In this document: piece by piece, positions 20,303 to 28,320 of the stretch | Numbering within the stretch: the stretch's first letter is position 1 | Layout: each line of letters begins with the position of its first letter | Assembly (NCBI GenBank): GCA_035997125.1 | Contig: DASYIX010000052.1 | Coordinates: 5,752 to 69,751 of the forward strand | Source of the DNA: Gemmatimonadales bacterium | Lineage (GTDB): Bacteria > Gemmatimonadota > Gemmatimonadetes > Gemmatimonadales > GWC2-71-9 | Reading direction: 5' to 3' | DNA: 64,000 nucleotides | Notes under the pieces: generated by a model | Database searches by the model: none | Told to the model about the DNA's origin: nothing | What the model saw: the letters and a program-made list of their open reading frames with translations, nothing else | Position numbers and translations under genes: made by a program

Positions 20303-21069
20303 ACCTCACTCTCCGCATCTGGCGCCAACCCGGACCCCGTGCGCCGGGAAAGATGGTCGCCTACGACGCCGGGGACATCAGTCCCGACATGTCGTTTCTC
20401 GAGATGTTGGACGTCGTGAATGAACGCCTGATGCAGCGCGGCGAGGTGCCGATCGCCTTCGATCACGACTGCCGGGAAGGGATCTGCGGCTCCTGTAGCC
20501 TGATGATCAATGGGGTGGCTCACGGCCCCCTGCGGGGTACCGCCGTCTGTCAGCTGCACATGCGGACCTTCAAGGACGGCGACGTCATCGCGGTCGAGCC
20601 CTGGCGGGTCCGGGCCTTTCCGGTGGTCCGCGACCTGGTGGTAGATCGGGGCGCGTTGGACCGGATCGTTCAGGCTGGCGGCTACATTACCGCCGCAACC
20701 GGCGCGGCGCAGGACGCCAATACCATCCTGATCCCGAAGGAAACCGTAGACACCGCAATGGACGCGGCCCAGTGCATCGGGTGCGGGGCCTGCGTGGCCG
20801 CCTGTCCCAACGGGTCGGCTTCCTTATTTGCCGCGTCCAAGCTGACTCACCTCGGTCTGCTACCGCAGGGGCAGCCGGAGCGCTACCGCCGAGCCCTCCG
20901 CATGGTGGCCCAGATGGACATCGAGCATTTCGGCGGCTGCACCCTGTACGGGGAGTGTCAGGAGGCGTGCCCCAAACAGATCAGCATAGACACTATCACC
21001 CGGATGAACCGCGACTTCCTTCGGGCCAGCCTGACGGTCGGCCGCGGCGCCGTTGCTGAGTCCGACTGA
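20299..21069 (+). CDS. sdhB: succinate dehydrogenase iron-sulfur subunit
   Basis: [15 protein letters not shown] (2Fe-2S), [13 protein letters not shown] and [12 protein letters not shown] clusters. Confidence 0.95.
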   Translation: MNLTLRIWRQPGPRAPGKMVAYDAGDISPDMSFLEMLDVVNERLMQRGEVPIAFDHDCREGICGSCSLMINGVAHGPLRGTAVCQLHMRTFKDGDVIAVEPWRVRAFPVVRDLVVDRGALDRIVQAGGYITAATGAAQDANTILIPKETVDTAMDAAQCIGCGACVAACPNGSASLFAASKLTHLGLLPQGQPERYRRALRMVAQMDIEHFGGCTLYGECQEACPKQISIDTITRMNRDFLRASLTVGRGAVAESD

Positions 21070-21104
21070 CCCTTTCTCGCGCAGTCCTGCTTCTCGCTTT
21101 CGCC

Positions 21105-22301
21105 GTGCCCTCCACCCTCCGAGCCCAGACATCGGCCTGGTTCCGGATCGGGGCCAACGGCATTCCTGCCTACACCCTGGTGGATCCTGTGCCGGGCGGC
21201 AACTCGCTCGGCGAGATCCGGCTCGTCCAGCCCACGGTGATGGCGCATGCCGGCGCCTTCTCCAATCGGCTCCGGCTGGTCGCCACGCTCAATCTCGAGG
21301 GGCTCACGATTCCCGATGGCGAGCTCGCCCTGGGTGACTGGGGCGAAGGGTTCATGGACCGGAGGCACCCTCACACCTACGCGCACGAGCTGGTCCTCAC
21401 CTATGCCGAATCCTTGGGTCGCTCGGTCCGAGCCTCGCTGTCGGCGGGGAAGGGCTTCGTCCCCTTTGGGACCGACGATCCCATGGTGCGGCCGATCTTT
21501 CGCTACCCGGTAAACCATCACCTGGCCCAGATCCTGGAGCGCGCCGTAGCCATCGTGGGAGTCCGCAGCGGGCCGCTGCTGGTGGAGGGCGGTCTCTTTA
21601 ACGGCGACGAACCGGAGCGCCCGGAACAATGGCCCTTGATCAGCCGATTCGGAGATTCCTGGTCGGCCCGTGTGACGCTGCTCCCCATCCGGCAGCTCGA
21701 GCTTCAGGGCTCGCACGCCGAGGTCCACTCCCCCGAGCACCGCCCGGGCTCGGGCACGGATCAAGACAAGTGGAGCCTCTCCGCCCGATGGGAAGGCGCA
21801 GTGCAGCGCCACCCGGTGTACGGCCTGCTCGAATGGGCCCGCACTTCGGAGGCCAATGGGTTCTTCGTCTTCCGGAGTGTGCTGGCCGAGGGTGCATGGA
21901 CCTGGGGGCGCAGCCGTCTCCACTACCGGTTTGAGTGCACCGACCGTCCCGAAGAGGAGCGGACCTTGAGCCCGTTCCGGTCGCTGCGGCCCCACCTGGA
22001 GAACTCGATTCTGGGGGAGACTCGCTGGACCATCCACACCGCCGGATATGGATATCAACTCCAGCCGTTTGAGCCAGTGAGCGCATTCCCGTTTGTCGAG
22101 CTCTCGTATGGGAGAATTGCGACGGTGGAGGGAGGACTGTTTGACCCGGCCTCGTTCTACGGGAAGACCTCTTTCTGGTCGGTCAGTATCGGGGTTCGCC
22201 TGAATCTGGGAATGCGGCTTCACCGGATGGGGCGTTACGGTGTGGCCCAGGACACTGCGAACGCTATGCAGATGCCGCAGCATGAGCAGCATGATCACTA
22301 A
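21105..22301 (+). CDS. hypothetical protein, outer-membrane beta-barrel-like, His-rich
   Basis: Alternating amphipathic strands (WSARVTLLP, WSLSARWEG, FFVFRSVLAEGAWTW, FWSVSIGVRLNLG). Several His clusters and a tail HEQHDH. A signal-peptide-like stretch [20 protein letters not shown] lies in frame upstream from 21066 but has no canonical start. Confidence 0.45.
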   Translation: MPSTLRAQTSAWFRIGANGIPAYTLVDPVPGGNSLGEIRLVQPTVMAHAGAFSNRLRLVATLNLEGLTIPDGELALGDWGEGFMDRRHPHTYAHELVLTYAESLGRSVRASLSAGKGFVPFGTDDPMVRPIFRYPVNHHLAQILERAVAIVGVRSGPLLVEGGLFNGDEPERPEQWPLISRFGDSWSARVTLLPIRQLELQGSHAEVHSPEHRPGSGTDQDKWSLSARWEGAVQRHPVYGLLEWARTSEANGFFVFRSVLAEGAWTWGRSRLHYRFECTDRPEEERTLSPFRSLRPHLENSILGETRWTIHTAGYGYQLQPFEPVSAFPFVELSYGRIATVEGGLFDPASFYGKTSFWSVSIGVRLNLGMRLHRMGRYGVAQDTANAMQMPQHEQHDH

Positions 22302-23775
22302 GCAACGCTTTCTGTCCTCCGTCCTCTTGGCCCTGGGGGCGTGCAGCAGCTCGAGCGATCCTCAGCCGCTGGTTCCATCATCGATAAAAATCCTCAGCGG
22401 AAATGGGCAGAGCGGCCGGGTCGGGAGCCCGCTGCCCGATTCCCTTCGGGTTGAGGTCACCGATGCCGCCGGCAACGGGGCGCAGGGGGTGGGAGTCAGC
22501 TGGTCGGTCCTGGCCGGAGGCGGATCGATCGCGCCGAGCTCATCGGTGACCAACGCCAGCGGCGTCGCTTCTGCCGCGTTCACCTTGGGACCCGCGCAGG
22601 GGGAACAACGCGCTCAGGCGGAGGCCAGCGCTGTCAGCGGGTCGCCCGTTGTCGTCACTGCCACAGGGGTGCCTGCCGGCGGCGGGGTGGCGTTGAACGT
22701 CGCGTCGGGAGGCAATAACGTCCCCGACCGCTACAGCTCCGACCTCTGGGTCCACGGCAACTTTGCCTACACCGGCACCTGGGGGTTCCGAAAGCAGCTG
22801 GGCAATGTGTTCAACGTCTGGAGCCTCGGCCCATCCGGTGCCCCAACACTGGCGGGGTCGGTCACCGTGCCCGACATCGGCACGGTAAGTGACCTTCAAG
22901 TCAGCGATGACGGCCAGCTTCTGGTCGTGAGCGGCGAGCGGGGCGACGACGGAGGGATCTACGCCTACAGCCTGGCCGATCCAGCCCATCCCGCATTCCT
23001 GGACTCCGCGCTGGTCGGCTCCCCCGGGTTTCACACCGTCACACTGGCGACGATCAGCGGTCGCAACTACGCCTTCGCTGCGCGGAATCCTGGTTTCAGT
23101 GGCACATCCGACGACCGTCCGGCCCTGGTCATCTATGACGTGACCCAGCCAAGCAACATTACCCGGGTCGCCGTGGTACCGGTCCCGCCGAATTACGGGA
23201 TTCACGACACCTATGTGCGGGATGGACTGGCCTTTGTGTTCGCCTGGGATAGCGGAGTCATCATCTACGATGTCGGCAACGGCATGCGGGGCGGCTCACC
23301 GGCCAGCCCGGTCGAGGTCAGCCGGCTGATCACCGCCGCCACCAGCTCGAGCAGTCCGGCGGTGCACAACGGGTGGTGGTTCCACAATCCGGTGACCGGG
23401 GAGAACCGCTACCTGTTCATCGGGCAGGAAGGCCCCGGCATCATCGGCTCGAGGTCCACTGGCGATATCCACGTGGTGGACGTATCTGACCTGAGCCACC
23501 CCGTTGAGGTCGCGTTCCTTCACCTCAACGGGGCGGGTACCCACAACTTCTGGATGGATGAGGGCCAGCAGATTCTATACGCCGCCTATTACAACGCGGG
23601 TGTCGTCGCTCTCGATGTTTCGGGCACGCTGGCGGGAGATCTCTCGGCGCGAGTGCTGAGCCGGCTTCAGGTCGGGGGCAAGAACAACACGTTCACCTGG
23701 GGCGTCCAGCTGGCGAATGGGTCGCTCTACGCGATCGATATGCTGAGCGGCTTGTGGCAGCTGAGCACCCAGTAG
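22282..23775 (+). CDS. lipoprotein with Big_1 Ig-like domain and LVIVD-repeat beta-propeller
   Basis: Signal peptide plus lipobox (VLLALGAC). Ig-like segment (ILSGNGQSGRVGSPLPDSLRVEVTDAAGNG...). Repeated hydrophobic-xYDV/VVDVS blocks typical of LVIVD repeats. Overlaps the upstream ORF by 20 nt. Confidence 0.6.
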   Translation: MSSMITKQRFLSSVLLALGACSSSSDPQPLVPSSIKILSGNGQSGRVGSPLPDSLRVEVTDAAGNGAQGVGVSWSVLAGGGSIAPSSSVTNASGVASAAFTLGPAQGEQRAQAEASAVSGSPVVVTATGVPAGGGVALNVASGGNNVPDRYSSDLWVHGNFAYTGTWGFRKQLGNVFNVWSLGPSGAPTLAGSVTVPDIGTVSDLQVSDDGQLLVVSGERGDDGGIYAYSLADPAHPAFLDSALVGSPGFHTVTLATISGRNYAFAARNPGFSGTSDDRPALVIYDVTQPSNITRVAVVPVPPNYGIHDTYVRDGLAFVFAWDSGVIIYDVGNGMRGGSPASPVEVSRLITAATSSSSPAVHNGWWFHNPVTGENRYLFIGQEGPGIIGSRSTGDIHVVDVSDLSHPVEVAFLHLNGAGTHNFWMDEGQQILYAAYYNAGVVALDVSGTLAGDLSARVLSRLQVGGKNNTFTWGVQLANGSLYAIDMLSGLWQLSTQ

Positions 23776-23778
23776 GCA

Positions 23779-25875
23779 CTACGGCGTCGCCGTTGTAGCC
23801 GGACGCTTCCAGACATCGTTGGTGGTGACAGCATCGGGGAAGGTGCCATCGGGATTGACCCGAGCGGTCACGATGGTCTTCCCCGGTTTGACCTGATACA
23901 CATACCGATTTCCCCCATACCAGATCTCGACCGGGAGCTTGACCAGCTGGGCGGAGCCGTCGTCAAAGCCCAGCTCCAGTTCCACCGGCATGACGGCGTC
24001 ACCGAGGTTGACCAGGGTCACCTGGGCCGACCCATCGGACTCCTGCTTCACCCCCTCGACCGATTGGTCGAGCGCCGCCGTCGTGTAGAAGAACCCCCGC
24101 CAGAACCAGGCGAGGTCCCGACCGGAGACCTCCTCGATGGTGCGGAAAAAATCGGCAGGCTGCGGATGCTTGAACGCCCAGCGCCGGGTGTATTCTCGGA
24201 AAGCGCTGTCGAACACCTGGGGGCCGAGCACCTTGTTCCTGAGGGTGAGCAACGCGATCGAAGGCTTCACGTAGGCCAGGGTGAGCAGATTGTTGCTGGT
24301 CTTGTATCGGTTGGCCGGAGTGAGAATAGGTTGGGCGGTCGGCATCTGGTCCACGCCGATCACCAGCTGCCGTTCGCGCTGCCGAATGGCCGAATCATCC
24401 CGCTTCCAGTAGCCCTCCTCCGAAAAGGTATTGATGAAGGTGTTGAACCCCTCGTCCATCCAGGCATAGCGCCGCTCATCGGAGCCCACGACCATGGGAT
24501 ACCACATATGACCGATCTCATGCGTGAGCACATTGTAGAGGTCGGGACCATCGTCCCCTCGAGCCTCCATGGCCAGCATGGGGTATTCCATGCCTGAGAC
24601 CGGACCCTCGACAGCGGAGATTTGGGGGTAGGGATAGCTGAACCAGCGGGTGCTGTACTCCTGAATCGAGTAGCGGCTCATCTTGGCCGCGTCACTCCAG
24701 GGGTCTACGGCGGTCGGTCGGTAATAGGCTTGAGCCAGGACTCCCTCCCACCCCGAGGCATCCCACAGATACTCCGGTGAGGCCGCCCAGGCCACGTCTC
24801 GCACGTTTTCCGCCCGGAAGCGCCAGGTCAGCGATCCATCCCGGGTGGGGCGCGCGGCTCCCGAAGCCAGCTCGGCCTGGGTCACGATGTGAACGGTGGT
24901 GTCAGATTTGAGGGCCGTCGCGAGCCGGTCGCGCTGAGTGTTGGTGAGTACGTCGGCTGGATTCTGCAGCTGCCCCGTTCCGGCCACGATGTATCCGGCG
25001 GGAACCGTGACTTCGTACTCGATATTGCCGTATTCCAGGTAGAACTCGCCCTGGCCGAGGTATTGGTCCGTATTCCAGCCGTGGACGTCGTCGTACACCG
25101 CCATGCGGGGATACCACTGCGCGATCTCGTAGAGACTGCCGTCCCGCCCCATGCGATCGGCGCCATGCTCCGGGACGTTGAAGCCATAGACCACTTGGAA
25201 CAGGGTCGAGGTTCCGGGTGCGATGGGATCCGCCAGATCCACGTACATCATCGTCTCATCGAGCCGGGTCCGAAGCGGCGACACTCGCGCTGCTCGGGCA
25301 CAGTCCGTGACCACGGCCCCGCTGTCGAGTGCGGCACGCTTGGTCCCGGCCCGCCGTTTGGATTTGGGTCGAGCGGCCACCCCGTTGCACTGGGTGATGG
25401 TGTTGATGTCGAAGCCACCCTCGAAGCCCGCCCCGCCGAAGCGGCTCTCCGAGGCAAAGAGCAGCGATCCCGTGCTCCCAGGCCGGAACAGGTTCTGGTC
25501 CAGCTGCATCCAGACAAACCGCAGAGTGTCGGGCGAGTTATTGGTATAGCGAATGGTCTCGGTGCCGGTGATCCGCTTGGCGGCGGTATCCAGCGTCGCT
25601 CGGATCTGATAGTCGGCCCGCTGCTCCCAGTACTGTTTTCCCGGAGCGCCATCGGCCTGCCGGACCTGATTTCCCGGCGGGATGGGTAGTGGGCTGAAGA
25701 TCCCGGTGTCCGCCACCGCGGGCCGGAGGGTGGGCAGCTGTAATGGCCGGACGGTTTGCCCTGGGGCCGGCCCGGGACCGGGCGGCTGCTGGGCGGCAGC
25801 GACGGATGGCCAAAGGAAAGGGAGTGGCGGGATCAGCAGGCAAGCAATCACTGCGGCGCGCATACAGGCCTTCAT
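23779..25875 (-). CDS. secreted M1-family zinc metallopeptidase
   Basis: 698 aa. N-terminal signal peptide, SGMEYP exopeptidase-type motif, HEIGHMW...WMDEGFNTF (HEXXH-18-E). Confidence 0.85.
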   Translation of the reverse strand: MKACMRAAVIACLLIPPLPFLWPSVAAAQQPPGPGPAPGQTVRPLQLPTLRPAVADTGIFSPLPIPPGNQVRQADGAPGKQYWEQRADYQIRATLDTAAKRITGTETIRYTNNSPDTLRFVWMQLDQNLFRPGSTGSLLFASESRFGGAGFEGGFDINTITQCNGVAARPKSKRRAGTKRAALDSGAVVTDCARAARVSPLRTRLDETMMYVDLADPIAPGTSTLFQVVYGFNVPEHGADRMGRDGSLYEIAQWYPRMAVYDDVHGWNTDQYLGQGEFYLEYGNIEYEVTVPAGYIVAGTGQLQNPADVLTNTQRDRLATALKSDTTVHIVTQAELASGAARPTRDGSLTWRFRAENVRDVAWAASPEYLWDASGWEGVLAQAYYRPTAVDPWSDAAKMSRYSIQEYSTRWFSYPYPQISAVEGPVSGMEYPMLAMEARGDDGPDLYNVLTHEIGHMWYPMVVGSDERRYAWMDEGFNTFINTFSEEGYWKRDDSAIRQRERQLVIGVDQMPTAQPILTPANRYKTSNNLLTLAYVKPSIALLTLRNKVLGPQVFDSAFREYTRRWAFKHPQPADFFRTIEEVSGRDLAWFWRGFFYTTAALDQSVEGVKQESDGSAQVTLVNLGDAVMPVELELGFDDGSAQLVKLPVEIWYGGNRYVYQVKPGKTIVTARVNPDGTFPDAVTTNDVWKRPATTATP

Positions 25876-25878
25876 GAT

Positions 25879-26439
25879 TTAGAGCTTTGGAAGCGTCACT
25901 CCGGTCTGCTTCTGGTATTTCCCCTTCTTGTCCGCATAGCTTGTCTCGCAGACGTCGTCAGCATCCGCCTCAAAGAAAAGTACCTGACAGATGCCCTCAT
26001 TGGCGTAGATCTTGGCCGGAAGCGGGGTGGTGTTGCTGATCTCCAGGGTGACGTACCCTTCCCAGTCGGGCTCGAACGGCGTCACGTTGGTAATGATGCC
26101 GCAGCGGGCGTAGGTGGATTTGCCCACGCAGATGGTCAGCACGTTGCGGGGAATCCGGAAGTACTCCACCGAGCGGGCCAGTGCAAAGCTGTTGGGCGGC
26201 ACGATGCATACGTCACCGTCGAACTTGACGAAGCTACGGTCGTCGAAATGTTTGGGGTCGACGATGGCGGAGAGTACGTTGGTGAAGATGCGGAATTCCG
26301 GGGCGACCCGCATGTCGTACCCGTAAGAGGAGAGCCCGTAGGAGATGGCGCCCTCACGGACCTGGCCGTCGACGAAGGGCTCGATCATCCGGTGTTCCCG
26401 GGCCATACGGCGGATCCAGCGGTCGGACTTGATGGACAT
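25879..26439 (-). CDS. dcd: dCTP deaminase
   Basis: [22 protein letters not shown]...[14 protein letters not shown] matches the short Dcd family. The track start at 26550 extends into the repeat region; ATG 26439 gives the canonical N-terminus. Confidence 0.9.
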   Translation of the reverse strand: MSIKSDRWIRRMAREHRMIEPFVDGQVREGAISYGLSSYGYDMRVAPEFRIFTNVLSAIVDPKHFDDRSFVKFDGDVCIVPPNSFALARSVEYFRIPRNVLTICVGKSTYARCGIITNVTPFEPDWEGYVTLEISNTTPLPAKIYANEGICQVLFFEADADDVCETSYADKKGKYQKQTGVTLPKL

Positions 26440-26446
26440 GAGCTCA

Positions 26447-26610
26447 GGGGGCAGCGGGGCGGGTACCCGCCTGCGGGTGGATGGGCGGCGGGGCAGGGGT
26501 GCCCGGCAGCCTGAATCGGGGCGGAATATAGTAGGTATAGTAGCCGACATTCAGGCTGAGCTCTCCCAGAGTTTTTGCTGCCCCGGCGCCCTGCGCCCCC
26601 GCTGCCCACC
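26447..26610. repeat. nested G-rich / C-rich inverted repeat region (GGGGCAGC-type) in the dcd-nuoA divergent spacer
   Basis: G-tract arm 26447-26511 (GGGGGCAGCGGGGCGGGTACCC...GGCGGGGCAGGGG). Complementary C-tract arm 26577-26610 (GCTGCCCCGGCGCCCTGCGCCCCCGCTGCCC). Confidence 0.8.
26507..26558. repeat. perfect 10-bp inverted repeat enclosing a TATAGTAG direct repeat
   Basis: CAGCCTGAAT (26507-26516) and ATTCAGGCTG (26549-26558). Inside are TATAGTAG (26527-26534), a G, then TATAGTAG (26536-26543). Confidence 0.9.
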
Positions 26611-26613
26611 TGG

Positions 26614-26642
26614 TTGAATCGCATCCCCGAACGGGTTAATTT
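26614..26642 (+). promoter_or_regulatory. candidate sigma-70-type promoter of the nuo operon
   Basis: TTGAAT (26614-26619), 17 nt spacer, TAATTT (26637-26642). The nuoA ATG is at 26677. Confidence 0.5.
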
Positions 26643-26652
26643 CGACCGCATA

Positions 26653-26668
26653 AGTGAAAAATTTCACT
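26653..26668. promoter_or_regulatory. palindromic operator, Rex-like (GTGAA-N4-TTCAC)
   Basis: AGTGAAA-aa-TTTCACT is a perfect 7+7 palindrome between the predicted -10 and the nuoA start. It matches the core of the Rex consensus TTGTGAA-N4-TTCACAA and also the GTGA-N6-TCAC CRP-type core. Confidence 0.45.
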
Positions 26669-26676
26669 AAAGCGAG

Positions 26677-27054
26677 ATGTTGACGCTCATGCTGCAACCG
26701 TACGTGCCGATTCTGCTGCTGATCGTGTTCGTGGTCGCCAACGCCATTCTGATGCTGGGCGTCTCCCACGTTTTGTCTACCTACCGCCGGACTGCCACCA
26801 AGATCGCCCCTTACGAATCCGGGATGCCCGTGCTGGGCGATGCCCGGGAGCGTTTCTCGGTCAAGTTCTACCTGGTGGCGATGCTCTTCATCGTGTTTGA
26901 CATCGAGACGGTCTTCATGATTCCGTGGGCCGTCGCGTTCCGGCAGCTCAGCTCGATCGCCGGGCTGCTGATTATCGAGATGTTCGTCTTTATCCTCATC
27001 CTCGCGGTGGGGTACGTCTATATATGGAAGCGGGGAGCCCTGCAATGGGACTGA
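26677..27054 (+). CDS. nuoA: NADH-quinone oxidoreductase subunit A
   Basis: 125 aa, 3 TM. YESGMP...[17 protein letters not shown] motif. Confidence 0.93.
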   Translation: MLTLMLQPYVPILLLIVFVVANAILMLGVSHVLSTYRRTATKIAPYESGMPVLGDARERFSVKFYLVAMLFIVFDIETVFMIPWAVAFRQLSSIAGLLIIEMFVFILILAVGYVYIWKRGALQWD

Positions 27055-27674
27055 GTAATCCTGCTACCCAAAACGGAGCAGAGGAGACGACTACGGTCTC
27101 CGCGGTCTCGCCCAATTGGGTCACCACCAAGTTGGACTTTCTCAGCAACTGGGCCCGCTCCAATTCGCTCTGGCCCATGCCCTTCGGTACCGCTTGCTGT
27201 GCCATCGAGTTCATGGCCACCGCCGCCAGCCGGTTCGACCTGGCGCGGTTCGGGATGGAACGCATGAGCTTCTCTCCCCGCCAGGCCGACGTCCTGATCT
27301 GCGCAGGCCGACTCCCCTTCAAGCTCGCACCGGTCATTCGCCGGATCTGGGATCAGATGCCCCAGCCCAAGTGGTCGATCTCGATGGGAGCCTGCGCCTC
27401 CTCCGGCGGGATCTTCGACAACTACGCGATGGTGCAGGGGATCGATACCATCATTCCGGTGGACGTGTACGTGCCCGGCTGTCCCCCTCGGCCTGAGGGG
27501 CTGCTCTACGGAATCCTACTGTTGCAGAAGAAGATCAAAGGAGAAACCTTCACCGACGACAGCCTGCGGGTGGAGAAGCTGGTCGGGCCGTCGGGGCTAT
27601 TCCTCCCACCGGAGCGGGTCGACGAGCTCAGTGAGCCGTTCGGCAATTCCGTCCAACAGACCCGATCCTCCTGA
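27045..27674 (+). CDS. nuoB: NADH-quinone oxidoreductase subunit B
   Basis: [36 protein letters not shown] (N2 cluster ligands). Confidence 0.95.
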   Translation: MGLSNPATQNGAEETTTVSAVSPNWVTTKLDFLSNWARSNSLWPMPFGTACCAIEFMATAASRFDLARFGMERMSFSPRQADVLICAGRLPFKLAPVIRRIWDQMPQPKWSISMGACASSGGIFDNYAMVQGIDTIIPVDVYVPGCPPRPEGLLYGILLLQKKIKGETFTDDSLRVEKLVGPSGLFLPPERVDELSEPFGNSVQQTRSS

Positions 27675-27702
27675 TGCAGAGCTTCCCCCAACATGGTCGG
27701 CG

Positions 27703-28320
27703 ATGAGTAAGCTCTCTGCCTCGGTCGCTGCGCTCCGCTCCCAGTTCGGGCCTGCGGTGGAGCGGTACTTTATTTCCTCCGGCCAGACCGTCGTCTACGT
27801 GAGCCGGGACCGATCGCATGACACGCTCGCCTGGCTCAAGGACACCCCAGGTGAGGAGTACAACTACCTAACCGATGTCACCGCGGTGGATTATCGCGAT
27901 CCGGAGCGGCCGCTGGAGGTGGTCTACCAGCTCCGTTCGTTGGGCCGGCGAGAGGATCTCAGAGTGAAGGTCGCCCTCGACAAGCGGGCGCCCCTGGAGG
28001 TTCGCTCGGTGTACGACCTCTGGCGCGGGGCAGACTGGCTGGAACGCGAAGTGTACGACATGTTCGGCGTGACTTTCGTGGGTCACCCGGACCTGCGGCG
28101 CATTCTTATGTGGGAGACCTACGCCGAGGGCTATCCGCTGCGCAAAGATTTCCCCCTGCGGGGTCACTTCAGCCGGGCGGAGCAGACCCGCCAGGCGCTG
28201 GCCGCCAACCCCGAGGCAAACTACTCCCTGGAGGAGCTCGCGATTGCCGATAGCTACGGCGAATTGCCCAAGGACATGCAGGAGCGGCTGGCGCGTGGCG
28301 AGCGCGGATTTCTGAAATGA
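27703..28320 (+). CDS. nuoC: NADH-quinone oxidoreductase subunit C
   Basis: YLTDVTAVDY, WLEREVYDMFGVTFVGHPDLRRIL. Confidence 0.93.
   Translation: MSKLSASVAALRSQFGPAVERYFISSGQTVVYVSRDRSHDTLAWLKDTPGEEYNYLTDVTAVDYRDPERPLEVVYQLRSLGRREDLRVKVALDKRAPLEVRSVYDLWRGADWLEREVYDMFGVTFVGHPDLRRILMWETYAEGYPLRKDFPLRGHFSRAEQTRQALAANPEANYSLEELAIADSYGELPKDMQERLARGERGFLK

Noticed and set aside
25756-26514. 252-aa plus-strand ORF overlapping dcd and the M1 peptidase start
   Set aside because: It is antisense to a clearly recognisable dcd, has no motifs, and has GC-frame-bias composition.
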